Positions 9,621 to 19,227 of a DNA stretch of 64,000 bases are shown piece after piece. The notes beneath the pieces were generated by a model. The model worked only from the letters and a program-made list of their open reading frames with translations. It had not been told where the DNA came from and ran no database searches. Every line of letters starts with the position of its first letter. The first letter of the stretch is position 1. Source of the DNA: an uncultured Acidimicrobiales bacterium (lineage in GTDB: Bacteria > Actinomycetota > Acidimicrobiia > Acidimicrobiales > VFJN01); NCBI GenBank assembly GCA_963735375.1, contig CAVTKS010000006.1:1178345-1242344 (forward strand), read 5' to 3'. A program made the translations under genes and the position numbers.

Positions 9621-10571
9621 GTGCAGATGATCCTGCGGCGGCTCGCCCACCTGCTGGTCGTGCTGTTCTTCGTCACCCTGTTCGTGGCGTTGATGACCAG
9701 CCTGCTCCCTGGCGACCCGGTCGATGCGATCGCCGGGTTCGCCAGCGAGGAGCAGAAGGACGCGCTGCGAGAGGACCTCGGGCTCGACGACCCGTTGCCG
9801 GTCCAGTACGGGCGCTGGATAAGTGGCTTCGTGACGGGCGACCTGGGCAACTACTTCAGCATCTCGGGCGAGCGGCCCGTCATGGACCGGGTGAGCGAGT
9901 CGCTGCCGGTGTCGCTCCAGCTCATGCTGTACGCGCAGGTGCTGGCGCTGGTGATCGCCATCCCTGCGGGGGTGATCACCGCCTACCGGGCGGGGTCGCG
10001 CGCCGACCGGGCGGCCAACGCCACGGCGTTCGGCATGCTCGCCATACCGAACTTCGCCCTCGCACTCGTGCTCGCCTACTACGTGGGTGTCGAGCTGGGG
10101 TGGCTGCCCGTGCAGGGGTACGTGAAGCCCAGCGAGGACCTGCTCGAGCACGTGCGGCGCATGATCCTGCCGACCGTGGCGCTCGCCGTGGGGCAGATCG
10201 CCGTCTACATGCGCCTGCTGCGAAGCGACATGATCGCCACGCTGCAGGACGACTTCATCACGATGGCGAAGTCCAAGGGCCTGTCGCCGCGACGGGTGCT
10301 GTGGCGCCATGCGCTGCGTCCGTCGAGCCTGACGCTGCTGACGGTGGCGGGGCTGAACGTGGGGACGCTCATCGGCGGGGCGGTGCTGGTCGAGGTGCTG
10401 TTCTCGCTGCCGGGCATCGGCACCCTGCTGTACGAGGCCATCAGTGCCCGCCAGTACATCGCCCTGCAGAGCCTGGTGGCCATCATCGCCGTGGGCTACG
10501 TGTTGGCGAACTTCCTGGTGGATGTGCTCTACGCCGTCCTGGACCCGAGGATCCGGCATGCCCGAACATGA
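9621..10571 (+). CDS. ABC peptide transporter permease (DppB/OppB-like)
   Basis: 316 aa with a BPD_transp_1 core (TMAKSKGLSPRRVLWRHALRPSSLTLLTVAG). Confidence 0.9.
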   Translation: MQMILRRLAHLLVVLFFVTLFVALMTSLLPGDPVDAIAGFASEEQKDALREDLGLDDPLPVQYGRWISGFVTGDLGNYFSISGERPVMDRVSESLPVSLQLMLYAQVLALVIAIPAGVITAYRAGSRADRAANATAFGMLAIPNFALALVLAYYVGVELGWLPVQGYVKPSEDLLEHVRRMILPTVALAVGQIAVYMRLLRSDMIATLQDDFITMAKSKGLSPRRVLWRHALRPSSLTLLTVAGLNVGTLIGGAVLVEVLFSLPGIGTLLYEAISARQYIALQSLVAIIAVGYVLANFLVDVLYAVLDPRIRHART

Positions 10572-11541
10572 CCTCGACCTGAGCGCCGCCGGCGGGGTGG
10601 CCGACCCGACCGCCACCACCATCAACCCGGTGTCGACCCTCGAGCCGGTCGACGTGGTGTCCGCAACCGGCACCGGAGTTCCACGCGGCCGGGCCCGCCG
10701 AGCCCGGTTGGGGGTGTTCGGCATGCTGGCCATGGGGTGGTTGGTCTTGGTGACCGCCGCGGCACTGTTGGCACCGGTCCTGCCGCTCGACGACCCCAAC
10801 GAGAGCGTCACCTCGATCGTCGGCCAGGGCCCTGGCACCGACGGCCACCTGCTGGGCGGCGACGCCCTGGGCCGCGACCTGCTCAGCCGCATCGTGTGGG
10901 GCGGGCGGGCCTCCCTGCTGCTCGGTGCGGGCTCGGTGCTGTTCGGACTCGTGATCGGCGGCCTGCTCGGCCTGGTCGCCGGCTACTTCCGGGGCCGGTC
11001 CGACACGATCCTCTCCGGCGCGTTCGACGTCCTGCTGTCCTTCCCCCAGCTCATCCTGGCGCTCACCCTCGTGACGGTGTTCGCCAGTCAGGAGGGGGTC
11101 AGCGAGACGCGGCGCATGGTGGTGTTGATCCTTGCCCTCGGGATCGTGTCGATCCCGGTGCTGGCGCGCATCACGCGGGCCAACACGCTCGCCTGGTCAC
11201 AGCGCGAGTTCGTGCTGGCGGCGCGGGCGTTGGGGGCGCGGAACCGCCAGATCATGTTCGGCGAGGTGCTGCCCAACGTGTTGCCCGCCATGTTCTCCAT
11301 CGCCCTGCTGGGCGTCGCCGTGGTGGTCGTCGCCGAAGGTGGGCTGAGCCTGTTGGGGGTGGGTGTGAAGCTGCCGACGCCGTCGTGGGGCAACATCCTG
11401 GCGGAGGGGCGGGACGACCTGCGCGACGCGCCGCACATCGTGATGGTGCCGACGGTCGTGATCTTCCTCACCGTGTTGGCGCTCAACTACCTGGGCGACG
11501 TCGTGCGTGCCCGGTTCGACGTGCGGGAGAGCGCACTGTGA
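10558..11541 (+). CDS. ABC peptide transporter permease (DppC/OppC-like)
   Basis: ORF 10444 trimmed to ATG 10558 (MPEHDLDL), which overlaps the dppB-like stop. The EAA-loop region is REFVLAARALGARNRQIMFGEVLPNVLP. Confidence 0.9.
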   Translation: MPEHDLDLSAAGGVADPTATTINPVSTLEPVDVVSATGTGVPRGRARRARLGVFGMLAMGWLVLVTAAALLAPVLPLDDPNESVTSIVGQGPGTDGHLLGGDALGRDLLSRIVWGGRASLLLGAGSVLFGLVIGGLLGLVAGYFRGRSDTILSGAFDVLLSFPQLILALTLVTVFASQEGVSETRRMVVLILALGIVSIPVLARITRANTLAWSQREFVLAARALGARNRQIMFGEVLPNVLPAMFSIALLGVAVVVVAEGGLSLLGVGVKLPTPSWGNILAEGRDDLRDAPHIVMVPTVVIFLTVLALNYLGDVVRARFDVRESAL

Positions 11542-12746
11542 CCCGGGGTCGCCGCCACGTGCACACGAGCCCGGAGGACTTCCACGCCACCGGCCGGGGG
11601 TTGCTCGACGTCGCCGACCTGCGCACCCGGTTCCGGACGCCGCGGGGGGTGGTGACCGCGGTCGACGGGGTGTCGTTCACGCTCGACCGGGGGCGCACGC
11701 TCGGCCTCGTGGGCGAGTCGGGCTGCGGCAAGTCGGTGCTGTCGCGCTCGATCATGGGTCTGCTGCCCGGGACCGCCGAGCGGTCGGGCGAGATCACCTT
11801 CGCCGGCGAGCGGCTCGACGGGCTGGGCGACAACGCCCTGCGGTCCTACTGGGGCACGCAGATGGCGATGGTCTTCCAGGACCCGATGACCTCGCTCAAC
11901 CCGGTCATGCGGATCGGCAAGCAGATCACCGAGTCGCTCGAGGTCCACACCGACCTGGACCGCAACGCCGCCCGCGACACGGCCGTCCAACTGCTGCGGT
12001 CGGTACACATCCCCGAGCCGGAGCGGCGCCTCAGGCAGTACCCTCACGAGCTGTCGGGCGGCATGCGCCAGCGTGTCGTCATCGCCATCGCGCTGGCGTG
12101 CGGGCCGCAGCTGCTGTTCGCCGACGAGCCCACCACGGCGCTGGACGTCACGGTGCAGGCCCAGATCCTCGACCTGCTGGCCGAGCAGCAGCGCGAGCGC
12201 GACATGGCCGTCGTGCTCGTCAGCCACGACCTGGGCGTCGTCGCCGGCCGCACCCACGACATCGCGGTGATGTACGCCGGGCAGATCGTCGAGCAGGCGC
12301 CGACGGCGACGCTGTTCTCCGAAGTGCGCATGCCCTACACCGAGGCCCTCATGCGGTCGGTGCCCCGGCTCGAGAACCCCAGCCACACGCGGCTCTCGGT
12401 CATCGGTGGGCGACCGCCCGACCTGATCGCTCCGCCGCCCGGCTGCAGGTTCGCGCCCCGGTGCCCGTACGCCCAGACCCGGTGCCACGAGGAGCTTCCG
12501 CCGCTGATCGAGGCCGACACGCCCGGGCACTGGTACCGGTGCTGGTATCCCGTGGGCACCGACGCCGGGCGCGAGGCGCTCGAACGCAACCTCGCCGCCC
12601 ACGTGCCCCAGGCCGAGGCCGCCGTGACCGGGGAGATCAGCCCGGAGCTGGACACCGACCTGGTCGCCGCGGTGCCCGCCGCGGCGGGCACCGACGCGAT
12701 GACCGATGCGCTGACCGATGCCGCGAGCACCGAGGTGGGGGACTGA
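11538..12746 (+). CDS. ABC peptide transporter ATP-binding protein (DppD/OppD-like)
   Basis: Start GTG 11538 overlaps the upstream stop (GTGA). Walker [10 protein letters not shown], signature [16 protein letters not shown]-terminal oligopeptide domain [16 protein letters not shown]. Confidence 0.9.
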   Translation: MTRGRRHVHTSPEDFHATGRGLLDVADLRTRFRTPRGVVTAVDGVSFTLDRGRTLGLVGESGCGKSVLSRSIMGLLPGTAERSGEITFAGERLDGLGDNALRSYWGTQMAMVFQDPMTSLNPVMRIGKQITESLEVHTDLDRNAARDTAVQLLRSVHIPEPERRLRQYPHELSGGMRQRVVIAIALACGPQLLFADEPTTALDVTVQAQILDLLAEQQRERDMAVVLVSHDLGVVAGRTHDIAVMYAGQIVEQAPTATLFSEVRMPYTEALMRSVPRLENPSHTRLSVIGGRPPDLIAPPPGCRFAPRCPYAQTRCHEELPPLIEADTPGHWYRCWYPVGTDAGREALERNLAAHVPQAEAAVTGEISPELDTDLVAAVPAAAGTDAMTDALTDAASTEVGD

Positions 12747-13786
12747 TGGCAGGCACCGGGACCGCACACCTGCGGCCGAGCGACGAGACGCTGTTGCGGG
12801 TCGAGCACCTGGTCGTCGACTTCCCCGCCGCAGGTGGGCAGAAGGTGTCGGCGGTGGCCGACGTCAGCTTCGACGTCGCCGAGGGCGAGACCCTCGGCGT
12901 GGTGGGGGAGAGCGGCTGCGGCAAGTCGACCGCGGCGCGGGCCGTGATGCAGCTGCCGGCGCCGACAGCGGGCACCGTGCTGTTCGAGGGCCGCGACCTG
13001 ACGGCCGAGCACGGCGAGAGCCTGCGCGCCCTCCGGCCCCGCCTCCAGATCGTGTTCCAGGACCCGATCAGCTCACTCAACCCGCGCCGCCGGGTGGCCG
13101 ACATCGTCGGCGCCCCGCTCAAGATCTGGAAGCAGGGCACCGAGGCCGAGCGCCGGGCCCGGGTCGACGATGCGCTCGAGACCGTGGGCCTCGACCCGGC
13201 CGTGGCCCGCGACAAGCGCCCGCACGAGTTCTCCGGCGGCCAGTGCCAGCGCATCTGCATCGCCAGAGCGCTGGTCCTGGAACCCAGGCTCGTGATCTGC
13301 GACGAGCCGGTCTCCGCGCTCGACGTGTCCGTGCAGGCCCAGATCCTGAACCTGCTCGAGGACCTCAAGGAGCGCTACGGCCTCACCCTGGTGTTCATCA
13401 CGCACGACCTGGCCGTGGTCAAGAACGTGAGCGACCGGGTCGCGGTCATGTACCTCGGCAAGATCTGCGAGATCGCCGACCCCGACCGGCTCTACGCCGC
13501 CCCCGCGCACCCGTACTCGTCGGCCCTGTTGTCTGCCATCCCGGTGCCCGACCCGGCGGTGGTCGCCACCTCCAGCGGCCTGGTCCCCGGCGACCTGCCC
13601 TCACCGGTGGCGCCGCCCAGCGGCTGTCGGTTCCGCACCCGCTGCCCGCGGGCCGAGGAGCGGTGCGCGCTCGAGGAGCCCCAGATCCGTCCGGTGGCCG
13701 ACGGCCAGTACGTGGCCTGCCACTTCCCACTGGTGGGTGATACCGCACCCCCGGCTGACGCGGTGACGGTCGAGGCCTCCGCCTAA
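12746..13786 (+). CDS. ABC peptide transporter ATP-binding protein (DppF/OppF-like)
   Basis: ATG 12746 overlaps the upstream TGA. Walker [10 protein letters not shown], signature FSGGQCQRICIARAL, C-terminal SGCRFRTRCPRAEERC. Confidence 0.9.
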   Translation: MAGTGTAHLRPSDETLLRVEHLVVDFPAAGGQKVSAVADVSFDVAEGETLGVVGESGCGKSTAARAVMQLPAPTAGTVLFEGRDLTAEHGESLRALRPRLQIVFQDPISSLNPRRRVADIVGAPLKIWKQGTEAERRARVDDALETVGLDPAVARDKRPHEFSGGQCQRICIARALVLEPRLVICDEPVSALDVSVQAQILNLLEDLKERYGLTLVFITHDLAVVKNVSDRVAVMYLGKICEIADPDRLYAAPAHPYSSALLSAIPVPDPAVVATSSGLVPGDLPSPVAPPSGCRFRTRCPRAEERCALEEPQIRPVADGQYVACHFPLVGDTAPPADAVTVEASA

Positions 13787-13796
13787 CAGGCTGCCC

Positions 13797-14399
13797 ATGG
13801 ACGCCGCCCCCTCGACAGAGCCGGAGATCCGCCGCTCGCGCCTTGAACCGGCGGCGCGCCGGGCCCAGATCGTCGAGGCGGCAGCCCAGGTCTTCCGTGG
13901 GCGTGACCCGGCCGGCGTCCGCTTCGACGAGGTGGCGCATGCGGCGGGGGTGTCCCGCTCGCTCGTGTACGCCTACTTCGGCGACCGCGGCGAGCTCATC
14001 GCTGCGGTGCACCTCCACACCCTGAGCGGCCTCGACGTCGAGCTGTCGGGGTTGCTGGTCGACGTCCCGGTCGACGAGGCCCGGCTCGGCTCGATCGTCC
14101 ACCACTTCCTCGAACTGGCGGACCACAACGCCGACTCGTGGCGGCTGTTCGCGGCGGCGGGCGAGTTGCAGCACCCGGCGGTGCAGGAGGCCCGGCAGGC
14201 CCGGTGCCAGCGCATCGCCGACACGTGGGGCGGGGGGCCTGCCGAGCGCCTGCTGGCCCGGGGGCTCGTCGGGTTGCTCGAAGCGGCGGCCACCGAGTGG
14301 CTCGAGCACCGTGCGTGCAGCCTCGACGACGCAGCGACGCTGCTGACCAGCGCACTGTGGCACGGCGTCGGGCACCTGCCCCGCCCTGCCACCGATTGA
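13797..14399 (+). CDS. TetR-family transcriptional regulator
   Basis: N-terminal HTH: RRAQIVEAAAQVFRGRDPAGVRFDEVAHAAGVSRSLVYAYFGDRGELI. Confidence 0.85.
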   Translation: MDAAPSTEPEIRRSRLEPAARRAQIVEAAAQVFRGRDPAGVRFDEVAHAAGVSRSLVYAYFGDRGELIAAVHLHTLSGLDVELSGLLVDVPVDEARLGSIVHHFLELADHNADSWRLFAAAGELQHPAVQEARQARCQRIADTWGGGPAERLLARGLVGLLEAAATEWLEHRACSLDDAATLLTSALWHGVGHLPRPATD

Positions 14400-14437
14400 C
14401 CTGTGCAAGCCGGCTTCCCGCGGGGAATACTTCCGAC

Positions 14438-15385
14438 ATGCCTCGAGCCATGTGGAGCGGCGCCATCAGCTTCGGGCTGGTCAACATCCCGATCAAGCTG
14501 TTCACCGCGGTGTCGCGCAAGAGCGTGCACTTCAACCAGATCGACACGCGCTCCGGCGCCCGCGTCCAGTACCGCAAGGTGTCGGCCGCCGACGGCGACG
14601 AAGTGCCCAGCGAGGCGATCGCCAAGGGCTACCAGCTCAGCTCGGGCGAGTACGTGCTGGTGGGCGATGACGAGCTGGCCGCCCTCGACCCCACGGCCAC
14701 CCGCAGCATCGACATCGAGCAGTTCGTCGACCTCGACGAGATCGACCCCGTGTACTACGACTCCGCCTACTACGTGGCTCCCGACAAGGCGGCCCGCAAA
14801 CCCTACGCGCTGCTCACCCGCGCGATGGAGGAGCAGAACAAGGTGGCGATCGCCCGCTTCGTGATGCGCTCCAAGCAGTACCTGGCGGCCCTGCGACCCA
14901 AGGACGGGGTGCTCGTGATGTCGACGATGGTCTACGCCGACGAGCTCAACAACCCCGTTGAGCTCGTCGACGGTGACATCGGCGACGCCGACGTGAGCGA
15001 TCGCGAGCTCAAGATGGCCACCCAGCTCGTGGAGTCGCTCACCGAGCCGTTCGAGCCCGAGAAGTTCGAGGACACCTACCGCAACGAGGTGCTCGACCTG
15101 ATCGAGCGCAAGGCCGCAGGCGAGGACATCGTGGCCGCGCCGGCGCCGGTGGCGGAGGACAAGGTCGTCGACCTCATGGCCGCGCTCGAGGCCAGCGTGC
15201 GCGACGCCAAGGCGGCGCGGGGCCGACACCCCACCGCAGCGGCGGCGTCCGACGAGGGCGAGGGCGAGGACGACAGCGGCACGGGCACCCGCAAGGCCCG
15301 CACCGCGAAGAAGGCGACGAAGGCCACCAAGGCCACGAAGGCCACCAAGACCTCGAAGGCGGCGCCCAAGCGCAAGTCGGCCTGA
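14438..15385 (+). CDS. ku: Ku protein (non-homologous end joining)
   Basis: Begins MPRAMWSGAISFGLVNIPIKLFTAVSRKSVHFNQID, the canonical bacterial Ku N-terminus. Carries a basic KKATKATKATKATKTSK tail. ORF 14138 trimmed to ATG 14438. Confidence 0.9.
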   Translation: MPRAMWSGAISFGLVNIPIKLFTAVSRKSVHFNQIDTRSGARVQYRKVSAADGDEVPSEAIAKGYQLSSGEYVLVGDDELAALDPTATRSIDIEQFVDLDEIDPVYYDSAYYVAPDKAARKPYALLTRAMEEQNKVAIARFVMRSKQYLAALRPKDGVLVMSTMVYADELNNPVELVDGDIGDADVSDRELKMATQLVESLTEPFEPEKFEDTYRNEVLDLIERKAAGEDIVAAPAPVAEDKVVDLMAALEASVRDAKAARGRHPTAAAASDEGEGEDDSGTGTRKARTAKKATKATKATKATKTSKAAPKRKSA

Positions 15386-15389
15386 CCCG

Positions 15390-16286
15390 GTGGGGCAGAA
15401 CACGACGGTCGAGGTCGAGGGCCGGCGGCTGACGCTCTCGAACCTGGACAAGGTGCTCTACCCAGATGCGGGCACGTCCAAGGCCGAGGTCATCGACTAC
15501 TACGCCCGCATCGCCGCCACGATGGTGCCCCACCTCGCCGAGCGCGGGGTCACCCTCCGCCGCTTCCCCGACGGGGTCGAGGGGAACTCGTTCTTCGAGA
15601 AGCGCTGCCCCGGCCACCGCCCCGACTGGCTGGGCACGCTGCTCGGCCCGGGCGACCGCAACGGCCACATCCAGTACTGCTGCCTCGACTCGGCGCCGGC
15701 GCTGGTGTGGGCGGCCAACATGGCGGCGCTCGAGATCCACGCCCCGATGGCCCGGTCCGACATCGACACGCCCACCATGTGCGTGTTCGACCTCGACCCC
15801 GGCGACGGCACGACGATCGTCGAGTGCGCGGACGTGGGCCTCGACATCCGCCATGTGCTCGACGGCTTCGGGCTGGTCGGGTTCCCGAAGACGTCGGGGT
15901 CGAAGGGCATGCAGGTCTACGTGCCGCTCAACACCCCGCACACGCACGAGCAGGCATCGGCCTTCGCGCTGGCGGTGGCACAGCTGCTCGAGCGGGCGCA
16001 CCCCGACCATGTGGTCTCGAACATGAAGCGCAGCCTGCGCAAGGGCAAGGTGCTGGTGGACTGGAGCCAGAACAGCCGGCACAAGACGACCATCGCCGTC
16101 TACTCGCTGCGGGCCCGGCCCCGGCCGACGGTGTCGACGCCGGTGACGTGGGACGAGGTCGAGGCGGCCACCGACGGCGAGCCGCTCTCGTTCGAGGCCA
16201 GCGACGTGCTGACCCGGATCGACGACATGGGCGACCTGTTCGCGGACACGTTGACCCTGGAGCAGCAGCTCCCTGGCGCTGGCTGA
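15390..16286 (+). CDS. Stand-alone LigD polymerase/primase domain (NHEJ PolDom)
   Basis: [36 protein letters not shown]...[19 protein letters not shown]...FDLDPGDG...[17 protein letters not shown]. There is no ligase or nuclease domain in this ORF or in adjacent ORFs. Confidence 0.85.
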   Translation: MGQNTTVEVEGRRLTLSNLDKVLYPDAGTSKAEVIDYYARIAATMVPHLAERGVTLRRFPDGVEGNSFFEKRCPGHRPDWLGTLLGPGDRNGHIQYCCLDSAPALVWAANMAALEIHAPMARSDIDTPTMCVFDLDPGDGTTIVECADVGLDIRHVLDGFGLVGFPKTSGSKGMQVYVPLNTPHTHEQASAFALAVAQLLERAHPDHVVSNMKRSLRKGKVLVDWSQNSRHKTTIAVYSLRARPRPTVSTPVTWDEVEAATDGEPLSFEASDVLTRIDDMGDLFADTLTLEQQLPGAG

Positions 16287-16301
16287 GCTCTCCGCCCGCG
16301 C

Positions 16302-16350
16302 TTGACCCCCGCTTGCGCTTGACCCCGGATCACGGTCCGGTCCCTAGCCT
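16302..16350 (+). promoter_or_regulatory. MerR-type promoter remnant (duplicated TTGACC, 20-nt spacer with palindrome, -10 just before a leaderless GTG)
   Basis: GCGCTTGACCCC occurs twice (TTGACC at 16302-16307 and 16319-16324). A 20-nt spacer contains CCGGA-N6-TCCGG. TAGCCT lies at 16345-16350, 7 nt before GTG 16358. Confidence 0.35.
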
Positions 16351-16357
16351 GGGCGGG

Positions 16358-16510
16358 GTGGGCACCACCTACACGATCGGGCGGCTCGCGGACGCGGCGG
16401 GGGTGCACGTCGAGACCGTGCGGTACTACGAGCGCCGCGGGCTGCTGGCGCCGCCGCCCCGGTCGGCGTCGGGCTACCGGCTCTACTCCGAAGGCGACCT
16501 GCGCCTGCTC
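16358..16510 (+). pseudogene. MerR-family regulator, N-terminal wHTH stub only (about 51 codons)
   Basis: [51 protein letters not shown]. After this the frame runs antisense through the thioredoxin stub, with no MerR dimerisation helix. Confidence 0.7.
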
Positions 16511-16708
16511 GAGGGCGAGGACCGACAGCGTCTCGGGGTGCTCGTCGGCGATCCGGGCCAGCACCGGGGCGAGTGCGTGGCACGGCGGGCACCACTCGGC
16601 CCAGAAGTCCACGAGGACGGGTACGGCCGAGCTGAGGACCAGCTCGTCGAACGTGGCGGCTGTGACCTCGCGGACAGCGTCGGAGGCGTGGACGGGCGTG
16701 GTCGTCAT
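16508..16708 (-). pseudogene. Thioredoxin, N-terminal stub only (about 65 codons, WCPPC active site)
   Basis: [63 protein letters not shown]. The frame then stays open to 16100 but is antisense to the MerR stub and the LigD PolDom and has no Trx C-terminal half. Confidence 0.7.
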
Positions 16709-16768
16709 GCGTGCGACCGTACGGCCCGTACCCCGGTCCGGGGTCAAGCGTCGGTGCGCCGGGCCGCG

Positions 16769-18091
16769 TCAGTTCCAGGTGAAGGTGTCGCTCGTCAGGC
16801 GCTCGGCCAGCGGTGGTCTGTACCGCGCGGGTGGGCTATCGCGGTCAGGTGACCCGCCGGGTGGATCGGGTGGCGGGTCGAGGCCCGGTGGGGCGATGGG
16901 TTGGCCCCACCGGTCGGTGAACCGGAGGGTGCCGGTTTCGGGGTTGCCGTCGATGCTGAACTCGTCGTGGTGGAGTGCCCGGTGGTGGAACGGGCACAAC
17001 AGCACGAGGTTGGCGGGGACGGTCAACCCGCCGTTCTCCCAGAAGACGAGGTGATGGGCGTGCAACCACAGACGTTGGGTGCAGAGGGGGTGGGTGCAGC
17101 CTTGGTCGCGGCGGGCGAGGTAGCGGCGCATGGCCCGGTTGGGGGTGCGTTGGGTGGGGTGGATGCCGATGAGTTGGCCGAGCCGGTAGGTCATGACCTG
17201 CACGGTGGCGTCGCAGGCGAGGTAGCGGGCGACGGGGTCGGGGACGACGGGGCCGTTTTCGAGTTGGGCGGGGCCGAGGGTGCCGTCGGGGTCGACGTCG
17301 TAGTGCAGCACCACGGTGTTGCGTTCCCCGCGCTGGCCGGTGCGGGCGAGGGTGGGGTCCAACGCGTCGGCCGCTTCGGAGGCCATGCGGACCAGCCCGT
17401 CGGCCCACGACACCGACCGGGCGCCCTCGTCGGTGGGGGTGTCGGGGTCGGTGTCGGTGTCGGCGGGGAGGTTGTTGCGGTCGCGGAACTCGGCGTCGCG
17501 GGCGGCGCCGAGGCCGAGGCGTATGAGGGCGCCTTCGTCGGCGGGGAGGCAGAACGTGCCGTGGAGCCAGCCGTCGCGGGCGTCGCGTAGGCGCAGCATG
17601 CGTTCGGGGTCGGGTCGCAGCTCGCCGCCGTCGGGTTGTTCGGGCAGCGAGCGTAGGAGCCGGTCGAGTTGGGCGATCAACAGGGACGGTGCCAGCGCCG
17701 CGATCTCGGTGTCGCGGGCGGCGGGGACACGGCGGGCGATGCGGACCATGGCGTCTTCGCCCAACCGACCGGCAGTGAACAGGGCCCAGCAGGCGGGCAG
17801 GTCGCCGGCGCGGCGGGCGATGCGGACCAGGCCCTCGGCCCGGGAGCGGGACACCCCGGCCTTCCAGGTGACCCAATGCTCGGGCGACTGGATGCCGGGG
17901 CCCATCCAGCCGTCGGTGCCCAGTAGGTCGACCAGCGCCGCCACCAGCCGGGCGATCGCCACGTTGACCGTGCCCATCACCGCCACGGCCTCGCCCTCCG
18001 CCGCCCGCCAGGCCGCCGCCTGCGGCGACAGGCCAGGCCCGGGCGCGCCGTCAACCGCTGGGGACGGGGCAGGCGGAGCGACCACGGACAT
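16769..18091 (-). CDS. DUF222 / HNH endonuclease (13E12-repeat type)
   Basis: 440 aa. The C-terminal HNH is [49 protein letters not shown]. The N-terminal DUF222-like helical region includes [26 protein letters not shown]. Confidence 0.85.
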   Translation of the reverse strand: MSVVAPPAPSPAVDGAPGPGLSPQAAAWRAAEGEAVAVMGTVNVAIARLVAALVDLLGTDGWMGPGIQSPEHWVTWKAGVSRSRAEGLVRIARRAGDLPACWALFTAGRLGEDAMVRIARRVPAARDTEIAALAPSLLIAQLDRLLRSLPEQPDGGELRPDPERMLRLRDARDGWLHGTFCLPADEGALIRLGLGAARDAEFRDRNNLPADTDTDPDTPTDEGARSVSWADGLVRMASEAADALDPTLARTGQRGERNTVVLHYDVDPDGTLGPAQLENGPVVPDPVARYLACDATVQVMTYRLGQLIGIHPTQRTPNRAMRRYLARRDQGCTHPLCTQRLWLHAHHLVFWENGGLTVPANLVLLCPFHHRALHHDEFSIDGNPETGTLRFTDRWGQPIAPPGLDPPPDPPGGSPDRDSPPARYRPPLAERLTSDTFTWN

Positions 18092-18135
18092 GCCCGAACA
18101 GTAACGACGAGGTATGACACCTTACGGAGGTCGAC

Positions 18136-18211
18136 CAGATGGCACGCCGTCCCGGGACATGCGGCACGCGTGGCAGATGGCACGTCGTTCCCGGGAAATG
18201 CGAACAGGTGG
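18136..18211. repeat. Imperfect 38-nt tandem direct repeat (2 copies) upstream of the HNH gene
   Basis: CAGATGGCACGCCGTCCCGGGACATGCGGCACGCGTGG is followed directly by CAGATGGCACGTCGTTCCCGGGAAATGCGAACAGGTGG. Each copy contains CCCGGG. Confidence 0.6.
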
Positions 18212-18304
18212 TCGTACGGCAACGGACAATCGCTGGGCGACCCGTCATCTCCCGTGCGGCTGTCGGCATCGATCAGGGGACACCGGCCCATCCCGACGCG
18301 GACC

Positions 18305-18553
18305 ATGCCCGAGGTCGTCGTCCGGGTCGGTGTCGACCTCGATCCGGTCGACGTGACAGACGCGGACGACGCCCGATGGTTGCGCGCCTGCTTGTGGCCG
18401 GATCAGCCGGAGCGGCTCGCGAGGCTCGAAGGGGTCGGAGTCGCTCCGGCGACGCCGACACTTGGCGATCGCCGCGCCTCCGGCCACAGCATCGTCGGCG
18501 TAGCGGTCTTCGCCCAGTCGGCGGTGCGTGCCGAGGCGATAGGCCGCTGCTGA
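18305..18553 (+). pseudogene. Possible DUF2332-like internal fragment
   Basis: MPEVVVRVGVDLDPVDVTDADDARWLRACLWPDQPERLARL resembles the conserved middle of DUF2332 proteins. The flanking N- and C-terminal parts are absent. Assignment is from memory of the family motif. Confidence 0.35.
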
Positions 18554-18588
18554 GGGCAGGGACGCTGGATGGCGTGGCTGGCCGACTC

Positions 18589-19191
18589 CTAGGCCTCGTC
18601 GCCAGTCAGGCCCGCGGCCAGCAGGTCGATGGCGCGGGTGACGTGGTCGGCCAGGTCGTCGCCGGGGGTCTCGAGCCAGGTGTCGGTGGCGACCCGGCGG
18701 GCGGCGAGCACGATGGCGGCGATGAGCCGGGGGCGCAGGTCGGTGGCGGGCACGTCCAGCCGGGCGGCGGCCCACACGGTGAGCTCGCGCTCGATGACGT
18801 CGAGCAGGCCGTTGTAGCCGCTGCGCAGCGCGGGCTCGGAAGCCACGAGGGTGAGAACACGGCGCAGCCGGACCGCGTCGACCATCTCGTCGGCCAGCAG
18901 GGCCTTGCCGATCTCGCGCAGCGAGACGAGCAGGGGCTCGTCGGTGGGGCGTGAGGCGAGCATCGTGCTGAAGGCCAGCTGCACGTCATCGGCCCGCTCG
19001 AACACCGCCTCGTCCTTGCTGGCGAAGTAGCGGAAGAACGTCCGCGGCGACACGTCCGCAACCGCGGCGATGTCGTCGACGGTCGTGTGGTCGAAGCCGC
19101 GGGACTCGAACAGGTCGAGGGCGACCTCGGCGATGGCCTGGCGGGTGCGTTCCTTCTTGCGTTCTCGCAGGCCGGTGGTGGGTGTGGACAT
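18589..19191 (-). CDS. TetR-family transcriptional regulator
   Basis: LRERKKERTRQAIAEVALDLFESRGFDHTTVDDIAAVADVSPRTFFRYFASKDEAVF. Divergent from an MMPL transporter gene. Confidence 0.9.
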   Translation of the reverse strand: MSTPTTGLRERKKERTRQAIAEVALDLFESRGFDHTTVDDIAAVADVSPRTFFRYFASKDEAVFERADDVQLAFSTMLASRPTDEPLLVSLREIGKALLADEMVDAVRLRRVLTLVASEPALRSGYNGLLDVIERELTVWAAARLDVPATDLRPRLIAAIVLAARRVATDTWLETPGDDLADHVTRAIDLLAAGLTGDEA

Positions 19192-19227
19192 GGCGGTCCT
19201 CGGCGGGCGGATGAGTGTGGCTCATTG

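Noticed and set aside
7781-9850. 689-aa minus-strand ORF over the substrate-binding protein gene, and the similar 764-aa ORF 41004..43298 over pepA
   Set aside because: Both are antisense to strongly supported genes and carry no motifs.
10737-13786. Very long N-terminal extensions of the two ABC ATPase ORFs (669 and 759 aa)
   Set aside because: The extensions overlap the upstream permease and ATPase genes in other frames. Genuine starts with stop/start overlaps (GTG 11538, ATG 12746) give normal-length proteins.
15300-15385. AAGGCCACS tandem repeats at the 3' end of ku
   Set aside because: They encode the Lys/Ala/Thr-rich basic tail typical of actinobacterial Ku. This is ordinary low-complexity coding sequence.
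16508-16513. CTCGAG (XhoI site) exactly at the MerR/Trx junction as a sign of cloning or engineering
   Set aside because: CTCGAG (Leu-Glu) is very frequent throughout this GC-rich sequence, so its presence at the junction is not informative.
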